From: Candidatus Planktophila sp.
GTDB taxonomy: Bacteria > Actinomycetota > Actinomycetes > Nanopelagicales > Nanopelagicaceae
Direction: 5' to 3'
Length of the DNA: 32,941 nt
Assembly (NCBI GenBank): GCA_044369465.1
Contig: JBILXG010000001.1
Span: 1 to 32,941 of the forward strand
Shown in pieces: positions 8,975-18,104 of this stretch. A program made the translations under genes and the position numbers. The first letter of the stretch is position 1, and every line of letters starts with the position of its first letter. The notes beneath the pieces were generated by a model. That model saw only the letters and a list, made by a program, of their open reading frames with translations. It made no database searches and was not told the origin of the DNA.

Positions 8975-10059
8975 TACTTCACATACTTTTCTAAGCCCTT
9001 AGGGACGCCAGATTCCGCCCACAACGTTTCGTAGCCAACGCCAGGTCCCTTTGGAGCATGAACATTTCCTTGGGCATCAACGAGTGCTTCTCGCTTCATT
9101 GGATTACCCCAGATGAGTGATTCGTAATAGGTAGTGTTCTTAATTGCCATACAGAGATGCGCACTCTCAAGACCCATGCCATGGACCTCTGCGCGAAGGT
9201 GATAAGCATCAGCCAGGTGTGCGATGCGCATCGCGCCGGTAAATCCACCACGTAAGAAAGTACTTGTGCGAAGAGATGTTGCGACACCAGTTGCGGCAAA
9301 GTCGCCAGCGCTCATATGGGCACCATCTGTTACCTCGCCCAAGAGCAAAGGAATTTTCACGCGCTGACCAAGCCACTTATAGGCAGTAACGCTAAATTCG
9401 CGCATTGGCTCTTCATACCAAGCAAATCCACTGTCATAGAGTGCGTTACCAAGATAGACCGCGTCCTCAAGATCAAACCCTGCTGATCCGTCATACATCA
9501 ACGGAATGTCATCACCGACATGTGCACGAAGTTTTTCACCAAGCAGCGCATCCTTCTTTGCATCTCCGAATGCGTGCAACTTAATCGCTGGATAGCCAAG
9601 AGCTAGTGCTTGATCTGCAATATCGAGAAACTCTTCAATGGAAGAGTATGTAACCGTTGATGCGTACGCAGGAATAGATTCGCGATAGCCACCGAGCAAT
9701 TTGTACACAGGAAGATTTGCATGCTTGCCTGCAATATCCCACAACGCAACATCGAATACGTGGGTCATATTTGGCGCAAAACGTTCGATGCGATCAAGTT
9801 CCCAAACGCGCTCCCACAAATGCTCGCGCATCAATGGATCTTGTCCCATGAATTCTGCTCTAAATCGACGATCGACGTAATCTTTAAAAATTATTCCACG
9901 TGGAGCTGAAGCAAAGCCGGTGATGCCAGCGTCGGTTTCAATGACCAGCCATGCGCCAGTACTGGAAGCATCCGAGCCGGGCAGGTTTTTTCGCCAGACA
10001 AATGCAGGGGAGAAGCCAGGACGTTCCTCAAGTACAACTTCAACGTTGGTGATCTTCAT
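8974..10059 (-). CDS. Second MR/MLE enolase-superfamily enzyme (KxH type)
   Basis: DVALWDIAGK..NLPVYKLLGG, KLH, YDG, EEP, LGE and EVH motifs. Start placed at ATG 10059 (MKITNVEV) after a purine-rich RBS. Confidence 0.88.
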   Translation of the reverse strand: MKITNVEVVLEERPGFSPAFVWRKNLPGSDASSTGAWLVIETDAGITGFASAPRGIIFKDYVDRRFRAEFMGQDPLMREHLWERVWELDRIERFAPNMTHVFDVALWDIAGKHANLPVYKLLGGYRESIPAYASTVTYSSIEEFLDIADQALALGYPAIKLHAFGDAKKDALLGEKLRAHVGDDIPLMYDGSAGFDLEDAVYLGNALYDSGFAWYEEPMREFSVTAYKWLGQRVKIPLLLGEVTDGAHMSAGDFAATGVATSLRTSTFLRGGFTGAMRIAHLADAYHLRAEVHGMGLESAHLCMAIKNTTYYESLIWGNPMKREALVDAQGNVHAPKGPGVGYETLWAESGVPKGLEKYVK

Positions 10060-10153
10060 TTCGGTCTGCCTTCTCTCCTCGTTTATAACGGCTTCATAAC
10101 AACTGGAGGATTCGCGCTTGCGGGGGTGCGAAACTCCGAAAAGAAACTTTGAA

Positions 10154-10174
10154 AATACTATACGAAATAGTATT
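10154..10174. promoter_or_regulatory. Degenerate operator ATACTATACGAA (10155-10166) within inverted repeat AATACTAT-N5-ATAGTATT, in the divergent intergenic region
   Basis: Two mismatches to ATCCTATACGAT; lies between the starts at 10059 (-) and 10250 (+). Confidence 0.5.
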
Positions 10175-10249
10175 CCTCCCCCTAGTATTTCGGTAACTGG
10201 CTCGATTGGCAACAAGGCGCCGACGCCAGACCTACAGAGGGGGAACACC

Positions 10250-11563
10250 TTGAAGAAGAAGTACTCACTAATTGCGATCGCTACGGCGACTGCAATTGCA
10301 GGTACAACAGTCATGGCGATGCCAGCTCAAGCTGCTAAACCATCGATCGTCGTCTGGGTAGATGCACCACGTCTACCAGGTGCAAAGTTGTACGCACAAA
10401 TCATGAAGGGCAAAGTTGATGTGAAGGTAGAACTTCACGCACAGGGCGACCTGTTGGCAAAAGTACAGCTATTTAACCGAGTTAAGAAAGGTTGGCCAGA
10501 TGTAGTCTTCGGCCCACCAAACGATGTAGCAGTGCTTAAAAACCCAATTATTGCTAATGCACGTGAACTTTCGAGCTTACTAACTAAGGCTGAGATCAAA
10601 GATTTCGGAAAACTGAATGATTGGTCAAAGGGCTCAGATGGTAAGTATTACGCTATTAAAAATGATATGGCTCAAAGTGTGCTTTGGTACAACACAAAGT
10701 TATTCGCTGAGTTTGGTTACAAAGTCCCAACCAAGATGAGCGAATTGTTTGCCATTGGTAAAGACCTAGCGGCCAAGCATCCAGGGTACTCATTGGGTGC
10801 TTTAAGTGATGCAGCTGCATACTCAGGTTACTTCTGGCCTTCACAGTGCCCATTGAACAATGAGTTGAGTGCAACACGTGTTCTCATTAATGCAAAGGAC
10901 CCTAAGTGCACACGAGTTACCACTGCACTTCAGCCTCTCATTGATGCAGGCGTCTACTATGCAGGTTCAGCATTCTCACCAGAGTATGCTGCAATTGCGA
11001 AGGCAGGCAAGCTTGTAGCTCACATTGGGCCATCATGGTATGGCGAATTCGTCATTCGACCAGCTGGTTCATTTGCGCAGCCTGCTGGGGCTTGGACTGC
11101 AGCACCAATGCCTGTATGGGATGGTGAAAAGGTCAATTACTCTGGCGAGTGGGGTGGTGGTATTTACACCGTTTCTCCTCATGCCAAGTTCCCACGACAA
11201 GCTCTAGATTTTGCGCTCTTCATGACTGGTGACAAGAGAAATGTTGTCGACGTGAAGAACCCAGATGGCAGTACTGGAGCTCCTACTTTCCCTGCAAGTC
11301 TCAAGGGAAATGCATTGTGGAAAGCAAAGATTGATGCTGATCCTTATTATGCATCAAGTCCTTATCCAGCAATGGCTGCTCAAGCAGGCAAGGTATGGAC
11401 AGGCGTAAAGCCGGTTCGCTACGATGCTGATGGAGCATGGGGTGCTGCTTTCGGTCCTGAGCTAGCAAAGTCAAAGAATCTGCAGAAGGCTCTTGAAGCC
11501 TATGCGGCATACACCTCGAACCTGGCACAGCAGCTGGGCTATGAGGTCACAACCAAAAAGTAA
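10250..11563 (+). CDS. ABC sugar transporter substrate-binding protein (CUT1 family)
   Basis: TTG start after RBS GAGGGGG; signal peptide MKKKYSLIAIA...AQA; motifs LWYN..LF...G..VP and WGGG; lies upstream of two permeases. Confidence 0.88.
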   Translation: MKKKYSLIAIATATAIAGTTVMAMPAQAAKPSIVVWVDAPRLPGAKLYAQIMKGKVDVKVELHAQGDLLAKVQLFNRVKKGWPDVVFGPPNDVAVLKNPIIANARELSSLLTKAEIKDFGKLNDWSKGSDGKYYAIKNDMAQSVLWYNTKLFAEFGYKVPTKMSELFAIGKDLAAKHPGYSLGALSDAAAYSGYFWPSQCPLNNELSATRVLINAKDPKCTRVTTALQPLIDAGVYYAGSAFSPEYAAIAKAGKLVAHIGPSWYGEFVIRPAGSFAQPAGAWTAAPMPVWDGEKVNYSGEWGGGIYTVSPHAKFPRQALDFALFMTGDKRNVVDVKNPDGSTGAPTFPASLKGNALWKAKIDADPYYASSPYPAMAAQAGKVWTGVKPVRYDADGAWGAAFGPELAKSKNLQKALEAYAAYTSNLAQQLGYEVTTKK

Positions 11564-11590
11564 TCCGTAAGGATTACATTAATCAGTAAA

Positions 11591-11631
11591 AAAGAGTGGA
11601 GGATTTCGTTTAACGAAATCCTCCACTCTTT
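11591..11631 (+). terminator. Long perfect hairpin between the SBP and permease genes (partial terminator or mRNA stabiliser)
   Basis: AAAGAGTGGAGGATTTCGTT-T-AACGAAATCCTCCACTCTTT, with 20-nt complementary arms. Confidence 0.8.
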
Positions 11632-11656
11632 CTGAAAAACAACTTGAGGAGAATTT

Positions 11657-12562
11657 GTGGCTAAGACGAAACGGTATAAGCAGAGTAACTTTGTGATGTC
11701 TCTTATGTTAGCGCCGTACGCTTTTCTCCTCATAGCTTTTGGGGTCCTACCCCTATTTATGGCTGTTGCCGAGGTGCCAACTCCATCTCTCATCAATCAA
11801 GATGGTGGTTGGGATGCGTTTAGCATCGTTGTTCAAGATTTTAGATTCCCAGTTGCGTTAAAAAATGTCGGTGGATTTATGCTTTATTTTATCCCCATGA
11901 TGATGATCACGGTCATCGTGATGGCATTAATGCTCGATGTGAAAACAACAAAGTGGGGCAGATATCTTCGCTTGGCTTATATCGTCCCCGCCTCGGTCTC
12001 CGGTGCTGTGGCGGTTCTGGTCTGGTGGGCAATTTTTGAGCCAACCATCAGTCCTATAAAACCAGTTTTGAACTTTTTTGGAATAGATTCTGCCCGTCAA
12101 ATTTGGCAGACAGAAAATCTCACTTATTTAATCGCGATTATGGCATTTTTTGCATTAGCTGGAAATTGGATTTTGATTCAGTACGGGTCACTGCAGAACA
12201 TTTCCTCAGAGATTATTGAGGCGGCAAGGGTAGATGGTTGTTCAGCGTTTCAATTGGCCGTGAAGATTAAATTACCGCTCATCCAAAAATATGTCGTGTA
12301 CATGGCGGTCTTGGTCTTTGCAGGTGGTCTGCAGATATTCGTTGAACCACAACTTTTAAATACAGGAGTTTATGTAGGTATTGCAAGTTCATGGTCGTTC
12401 GACCAACTGAGTTACGAATTAGCTTTTAAAGCTGGCGATTTTGGTGGCGCCTCTGCACTCTCGATCATCCTGTTGATTCCAAGTCTCATAGGAGCGCTAA
12501 TTGTGATCTTCAAAACGGACATGTTTGATGTGAAGACAAATGCCGATAAAGAATCTGATTAG
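11657..12562 (+). CDS. ABC sugar transporter permease (MalF-like)
   Basis: Multiple hydrophobic helices and the EAA loop EIIEAARVDGCS. Confidence 0.92.
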   Translation: MAKTKRYKQSNFVMSLMLAPYAFLLIAFGVLPLFMAVAEVPTPSLINQDGGWDAFSIVVQDFRFPVALKNVGGFMLYFIPMMMITVIVMALMLDVKTTKWGRYLRLAYIVPASVSGAVAVLVWWAIFEPTISPIKPVLNFFGIDSARQIWQTENLTYLIAIMAFFALAGNWILIQYGSLQNISSEIIEAARVDGCSAFQLAVKIKLPLIQKYVVYMAVLVFAGGLQIFVEPQLLNTGVYVGIASSWSFDQLSYELAFKAGDFGGASALSIILLIPSLIGALIVIFKTDMFDVKTNADKESD

Positions 12563-12573
12563 GAGTTAACTAC

Positions 12574-13488
12574 ATGAAAACGATATTTAATACCTCAAAG
12601 AAGAAGAAATTACTCGCCCAAGAAAGTCGAGTAGGAATGTTTTTCGTCAATTCCTGGTTGATATTTTTCGCACTTATTAGCCTCATTCCTATGGCGTGGT
12701 TGCTCTTGGCCCCGTCAAAAACTGATGAGGAAGTCGTAAATAATGCACCCCTATCCTTTGGAAATTTTAAAGGCTACTTCAATGCTTGGAACAACCTAAG
12801 GTTTTTTGATGATGGGGTAATCCAGCAGTGGGTAGTTAACTCCGTAGTTTTCAACATTGCAATTGTTATTATTGCTACAGCAACAGCCTCTCTAGCTGGT
12901 TTTGTTTTATCAGCATCGCGAATACGATTCAAAAGGGTTTGGCTAATTAGTACGCTTATCATGATGTTGATTCCACCAGTAGCTCTTGTCGTCCCACTCT
13001 TTGTGCTCATGGATCAAGTTGGCTTAGTAGATAATCCGCTGTCCGTAATCTTGATTTCCTCTCTTTACCCATTTGGTACTTTCCTTTCTTATATTTATTA
13101 TTCAACAACTATTCCTCCTGAGCTCTACGAGTCTGCGCGATTAGACGGATGTACTGATTGGCAGCTGTATTCCAAGATCGCATTCCCACTCTCGGGAGCG
13201 CTCATTAGTTTGCTAGCTTTCTTTGCTTTTATTGGTAATTGGGCTAATTACTTTTTGCCTTACATTCTTCTTTACTCTTCGGAGAACTACACACTTCCGT
13301 TGGGTCTTGGCTTCCTATTTAATTCAACGCCTGCAATCAATCCAGGCGTTGGAGCTACCTCAGTTCCAATTTACAAGCCAGAAATTGCATTAGCGGGTGT
13401 TCTGGTTGCCTTGCCGATTTTGATCGTATTCCTCATGTCTCAGAGACGCTTGGTAAAAGGAATGCTTGCTGGTTCAATCAAAGAGTAG
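12574..13488 (+). CDS. ABC sugar transporter permease (MalG-like)
   Basis: EAA loop IPPELYESARLDGC, W.NYFLP, TLPLGL and C-terminal QRRLVKGMLAGSIKE. Confidence 0.92.
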   Translation: MKTIFNTSKKKKLLAQESRVGMFFVNSWLIFFALISLIPMAWLLLAPSKTDEEVVNNAPLSFGNFKGYFNAWNNLRFFDDGVIQQWVVNSVVFNIAIVIIATATASLAGFVLSASRIRFKRVWLISTLIMMLIPPVALVVPLFVLMDQVGLVDNPLSVILISSLYPFGTFLSYIYYSTTIPPELYESARLDGCTDWQLYSKIAFPLSGALISLLAFFAFIGNWANYFLPYILLYSSENYTLPLGLGFLFNSTPAINPGVGATSVPIYKPEIALAGVLVALPILIVFLMSQRRLVKGMLAGSIKE

Positions 13489-13497
13489 GGGAGATTG

Positions 13498-16197
13498 ATG
13501 GACCAGAAGGTCTATCCATTTAGTGCAGGCAATCGAACCATGTCCGACCTCCTGGGCGGCAAGGGAGCCAATCTCGCTGAGATGGCGACTTTGGGTATTC
13601 CTGTTCCTGATGGATTCACAATTACTACGCGTGCTTGTCAAGATTATTTGCGTACGGGTGGTCTCAGTGATGAGTTACTAACCCAGATCGATAACGCGAT
13701 TGTTGTTCTTGAGACAAAGATCGGTAAGTCTTTCGGCGATCCAAAAAATCCACTGTTAGTCTCAGTGCGATCTGGCGCAAAGTTTTCAATGCCAGGAATG
13801 ATGGAGACAGTACTTAACGTTGGTATGTCGCAAGAAGTAGCAGCAACTCTTGAATCAATTACAGGTGATTCGCGATTTGCTTGGGATTCATACCGCCGCT
13901 TTATTGAGATGTTCGGAAAAACAGTCTGCGATATTCCATCCGATGCCTTTGCAAAGGCGGCGGCGCCGTTGATTAAGGCCGCTGGTGGAAAAACAATTGC
14001 TGATCTGGATGGCCCAGCACTTCGCAAGGCAGGCGATGCCTTTGTTGAAGTCGTTGAAAAACATACAGGCACAGCCTTTCCATTTGATGCTCGCTCACAG
14101 CTAACGCGCGCCATCGAAGCGGTATTCCATTCATGGAATTCAGAGCGCGCTCAGCTGTATCGTCGTCGCGAGCGAATCAGTGCAGACCTTGGTACCGCAG
14201 TCAATGTTCAGGCGATGGTCTTTGGAAATATTGGCGATACTTCAGGTACCGGTGTTTGCTTTACGCGCGATCCTGGCAGCGGAGCACCGGGTGCTTACGG
14301 CGATTACTTACCACGCGCACAGGGTGAAGATGTTGTTGCTGGTATTCGCAATGCATTTCCACTGACGCATTTGGGAGAAGTTAACCCGGGTGCTTACGCT
14401 GAACTCAATCGCATCATGGCTTTGCTTGAAGATCATTACCGCGACATGTGCGATATCGAATTTACCGTCGAACAAGGAAAGCTCTGGATCCTGCAGACGC
14501 GCGTGGGTAAGCGAACAGCAGAGGCTGCATTTAAAATTGCAACTCAACTTGTTGATGAAGGCACGATCACGATGGATCAAGCCCTTACTCGCGTTAATGG
14601 CGACCAACTTGTTCAGTTGATGTTCCCGCAATTTGATAAGGCGTCAGCACCTAAGGAGCTCACTCGCGGTATTGCGGCTTCCCCAGGAGCCGCGGTGGGA
14701 TCTGTGGTCTTTGATCCTCGCGATGCTGCAGACCAAGCACTTGCCGGCAAGAAGGTAATTCTTGTACGTAGAGAGACAAATCCGGATGACTTGGTAGGAA
14801 TGGTTGCAGCCCAAGGTATTTTGACGGCGCGTGGTGGAAAAACTTCTCACGCAGCGGTAGTTGCTCGTGGAATGGGACGACCTGCAGTCTGCGGTACCGA
14901 AAGCATTGAGGTGCACATCGAAGAGAAGTTCTTTACCTGTGGTGATATCACGGTACGAGAAGGAGATTTGATCTCGATCGATGGCACAACGGGTGCAGTA
15001 TTTCTCGGCGAAGTAGCCGTTGTACCAAGTGTTGTTACTGAATATGTACAAGGAATTGTTGATCCGGGTGCTGCTACTTCATCAGCACTGATCCGAAGCA
15101 TCCATCGCATTATTACTCACGCCGATGGCGTTCGACGCATGTCTGTGCGCGCAAACGCTGACACCCCTGAAGATGCTGAAATTGCTCGCCGTATGGGAGC
15201 GCAAGGAATCGGTTTAACTCGTACCGAGCACATGTTCTTAGGAGATCGGCGAGTATTAGTTGAGACTCTCGTGTTGGCCACAACCGATGAAGAGCGAGCT
15301 GAAGTTCTCGCCGAGATGGAGAAGTTACAGTTCAGTGATTTCGTAGGAATTTTGCGTGCAATGAGTGGATTGCCAGTCACGGTACGGCTACTTGATCCAC
15401 CCCTACATGAGTTTCTTACAGATCAAGCAAGTCTTGCCGTCGATATTGCACTGACTCAAGAGCGCGGAGAAGTTGTCGATGAGCGAAAGCTTGCACTCAA
15501 TCGTGCGGTCAATAGATTGCACGAATCAAATCCAATGATGGGTCTTCGTGGTGTGCGCTTAGGTGTACTTATTCCAGATCTCTTCTCCATGCAGGTACGC
15601 GCACTTACACGTGCTGCACTTCATGTTCGTGCACAAGGGTATGACCCACTTCCTGAAATCATGATTCCACTTGTGGCATCCCAACGTGAGTTGCTCTACT
15701 TCCGTTCTTCACTCGAAGAAGAAGTTGCTCGCGTCCTTGAAGCTGCAGGGGAGCAGATGGAGATAAGTATCGGAAGCATGATCGAAACACCACGTGCTGC
15801 AATTACTGCAGCTAAGTTGGCTGACCACTCGGACTTCTTCTCATTTGGTACCAATGATTTAACTCAACTCACTTGGGCCTTTAGTCGCGATGACGTTGAA
15901 TCTTCATTCTTGCCACGTTACCTCGATCTAGAACTCTTGCCGTTTAGCCCCTTTGAATCACTTGATCAAGATGGCGTCGGACTTCTCGTCAAGATTGCCT
16001 GCGATGAAGTGCGCACCGTTAACCCGGATATGAAACTCGGAGTCTGCGGTGAGCATGGTGGCGATCCACGAAGCATTGATTTCTTCCATCATGTGGGCTT
16101 GGATTATGTTTCCTGCTCACCATTTAGAGTGCCAGTAGCACGTCTTGAGGCAGGAAGGGCCGCAGTCAGCGACCACGCAACGACAGGGAGTGCATGA
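13498..16197 (+). CDS. ppdK: Pyruvate, phosphate dikinase
   Basis: LGGKGANLAEM, PLLVSVRSGA, phospho-His motif GGKTSHAAVVARG, FSFGTNDLTQ, GVCGEHGGDP and YVSCSPFRVP. Confidence 0.97.
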   Translation: MDQKVYPFSAGNRTMSDLLGGKGANLAEMATLGIPVPDGFTITTRACQDYLRTGGLSDELLTQIDNAIVVLETKIGKSFGDPKNPLLVSVRSGAKFSMPGMMETVLNVGMSQEVAATLESITGDSRFAWDSYRRFIEMFGKTVCDIPSDAFAKAAAPLIKAAGGKTIADLDGPALRKAGDAFVEVVEKHTGTAFPFDARSQLTRAIEAVFHSWNSERAQLYRRRERISADLGTAVNVQAMVFGNIGDTSGTGVCFTRDPGSGAPGAYGDYLPRAQGEDVVAGIRNAFPLTHLGEVNPGAYAELNRIMALLEDHYRDMCDIEFTVEQGKLWILQTRVGKRTAEAAFKIATQLVDEGTITMDQALTRVNGDQLVQLMFPQFDKASAPKELTRGIAASPGAAVGSVVFDPRDAADQALAGKKVILVRRETNPDDLVGMVAAQGILTARGGKTSHAAVVARGMGRPAVCGTESIEVHIEEKFFTCGDITVREGDLISIDGTTGAVFLGEVAVVPSVVTEYVQGIVDPGAATSSALIRSIHRIITHADGVRRMSVRANADTPEDAEIARRMGAQGIGLTRTEHMFLGDRRVLVETLVLATTDEERAEVLAEMEKLQFSDFVGILRAMSGLPVTVRLLDPPLHEFLTDQASLAVDIALTQERGEVVDERKLALNRAVNRLHESNPMMGLRGVRLGVLIPDLFSMQVRALTRAALHVRAQGYDPLPEIMIPLVASQRELLYFRSSLEEEVARVLEAAGEQMEISIGSMIETPRAAITAAKLADHSDFFSFGTNDLTQLTWAFSRDDVESSFLPRYLDLELLPFSPFESLDQDGVGLLVKIACDEVRTVNPDMKLGVCGEHGGDPRSIDFFHHVGLDYVSCSPFRVPVARLEAGRAAVSDHATTGSA

Positions 16198-17147
16198 TGA
16201 AGCACAATGACAAGGTTCGACTTCGTACCGGTGTTGAAGTTTCTAGACTCTCGCTCGGAACTGCAGCTCTTGGCGGGCTCTATACATCAGTCAGTGATGC
16301 CGATTCCACAGATACGGTGCTGGCGGCTCTCGATAGCGGTATTAACTTTATTGACACAGCGCCCCTTTATGGAAAGGGCACTGCTGAGGTTCGTATTGGC
16401 AAGGCGTTGGCTGGACGAGATCGTTCTTCCTTTGTTATCTCCACCAAGATTGGTCGCTTATTGGTTCCCTCAACAACTGACATTGATGATTTCTTTATGG
16501 ATGCAGATAACACAGTGAAGATACAGTTTGATTTCAGTGCACGCGGTGTTCGCCAGTCCCTAGAAAGTTCACTGGAGCGACTCGGGCTAGATAGCGTAGA
16601 GATTCTCTTTATCCACGATCCAGATGCCAATGCAGATGAGGCGATACTGGAGGCGTATCCAGAGCTCGATCGCATGCGATCTGAAGGAATCATTAAGGCA
16701 ATTGGTGTTGGAATGAATCAATGCGAAACACCGACACGTGTCATTAAAGAGACTGATATCGACATGGTTCTCATTGCAGGTCGATATTCACTTCTTGACC
16801 AAAAAGCGCTAGAGGGATTGTTCCCTGCAGCACTTGAGCGCAATGTAGATATCCTCGCAGCAGGTGTATTTAACTCAGGAATTCTTGCTAATCCTGTAAA
16901 AGGTGCGACGTATGATTACGCCCCAGCAAGTGATGAACTCCTTGCAAAAGCTGTAAGAATTCGCGAAGTGCTTGAGGGACATAAGGTTTCTCTCACAAGT
17001 GCTGCGCTGCAATTTCCGCTTCGCCATCCTGCAGTTAAATCTGTTCTTGTGGGTTGTCGAAGTGCGGCAGAAGTTGAGACAAATATCAGAGAGTTCGATA
17101 AAACCATTGAAAATAAGGTCTGGGATGACCTTGTATCTGTTCTCTGA
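16194..17147 (+). CDS. Aldo/keto reductase, L-fucose/D-threo-aldose 1-dehydrogenase-like
   Basis: DTAPLYG.G..E, STKIGRLL, FDFS, IHDPD, LIAGRYSLLDQ and GVFNSGILA motifs typical of this subfamily. Confidence 0.85.
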   Translation: MMKHNDKVRLRTGVEVSRLSLGTAALGGLYTSVSDADSTDTVLAALDSGINFIDTAPLYGKGTAEVRIGKALAGRDRSSFVISTKIGRLLVPSTTDIDDFFMDADNTVKIQFDFSARGVRQSLESSLERLGLDSVEILFIHDPDANADEAILEAYPELDRMRSEGIIKAIGVGMNQCETPTRVIKETDIDMVLIAGRYSLLDQKALEGLFPAALERNVDILAAGVFNSGILANPVKGATYDYAPASDELLAKAVRIREVLEGHKVSLTSAALQFPLRHPAVKSVLVGCRSAAEVETNIREFDKTIENKVWDDLVSVL

Positions 17148-17161
17148 ACATCCTATAGTAT
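17131..17161 (+). promoter_or_regulatory. Promoter TTGTAT-17-TATAGT for a leaderless mRNA, overlapped by operator ATCCTATAGTAT (17150-17161)
   Basis: -35 at 17131-17136 and -10 at 17154-17159, 6 nt before ATG 17166, with no SD. Confidence 0.7.
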
Positions 17162-17165
17162 TTTC

Positions 17166-18104
17166 ATGGCCCTTCATCCGCACGCTTCAGCATTCCTAGA
17201 TCTAGCAAAAGCTGCAAACCTTCCCGACATCAGCGTTCAGGGCCCAACTGTTGCGCGCGGATATTCACACGGTCAACCCGATCTCGGGGGAGTGATAGAT
17301 CCTTCTGTCGATATCTCCATCGAATTCTTTACTAGTTCAACTGCAGATATTGCAGTTGCTATCTACACACCTCCCGCTACATCAGGTGCTAAACGAGCAG
17401 GCATTGTTTACTACCACGGTGGTGGTTGGGTAATAAATTACATCGCGAAATATCACGCCCAGATGGCATCAATGGCGAAGAAGACAAATTCAATTATTGT
17501 CTCCGTCAACTATCAGAAAGCTCCTGAACATAAATTCCCGATCCCATTTAATGATTGCTACGAAGGTCTTGAATGGACTGTGGCAAATGCGGATCGACTA
17601 GGTATCGATATCAATCGCTTAGGAGTGGGAGGAGATAGCGCTGGCGGAAACTTGGCCTCTGCTGTGGCACTTGCTGCACGTGATCGCGGAAAAATTAAAC
17701 TCGCCTTCCAGTGGTTGATCTATCCATGTAATGGACCAGAGTTTGTTGATGCGCCAGATGTTCCTAATGCAGATGGATATGGTTTAACTCAGCGCGGAAT
17801 GAAGTGGCTCTGGGAGATGTACCTCAATGGCGCATCCGATCGTACTAACCCATATGCGGTGCCTCATGCAGCCAAATCTTTTGCGGGACTTCCACCTACC
17901 ATCATGATTACCGCCGAATATGACGTACTCAAGGCTGATGGACTTGCTTACTACGAGAAGCTTAAGGCTGCTGGAAATGATGTCGTCTATAAAGATTGTC
18001 CCGGAATGATCCATGGATTCTTTAACCTTGGAAAATACATTGAAGATGGAATCACAATTCGTGACTGGTTTGCAGAGCACATTCTGCGCGTAGTGGGTAA
18101 GTAA
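17166..18104 (+). CDS. Alpha/beta hydrolase, HSL-family esterase (Aes-like)
   Basis: HGGGW oxyanion hole, GDSAGG nucleophile elbow, and AEYDVL / GMIHGFF triad motifs. Confidence 0.92.
   Translation: MALHPHASAFLDLAKAANLPDISVQGPTVARGYSHGQPDLGGVIDPSVDISIEFFTSSTADIAVAIYTPPATSGAKRAGIVYYHGGGWVINYIAKYHAQMASMAKKTNSIIVSVNYQKAPEHKFPIPFNDCYEGLEWTVANADRLGIDINRLGVGGDSAGGNLASAVALAARDRGKIKLAFQWLIYPCNGPEFVDAPDVPNADGYGLTQRGMKWLWEMYLNGASDRTNPYAVPHAAKSFAGLPPTIMITAEYDVLKADGLAYYEKLKAAGNDVVYKDCPGMIHGFFNLGKYIEDGITIRDWFAEHILRVVGK

Noticed and set aside
10060-10314. Apparent head-to-head overlap of the 446-aa (-) and 481-aa (+) ORFs
   Set aside because: This is an artefact of longest-ORF calling. RBS-supported starts at 10059 and 10250 leave a normal divergent intergenic region.
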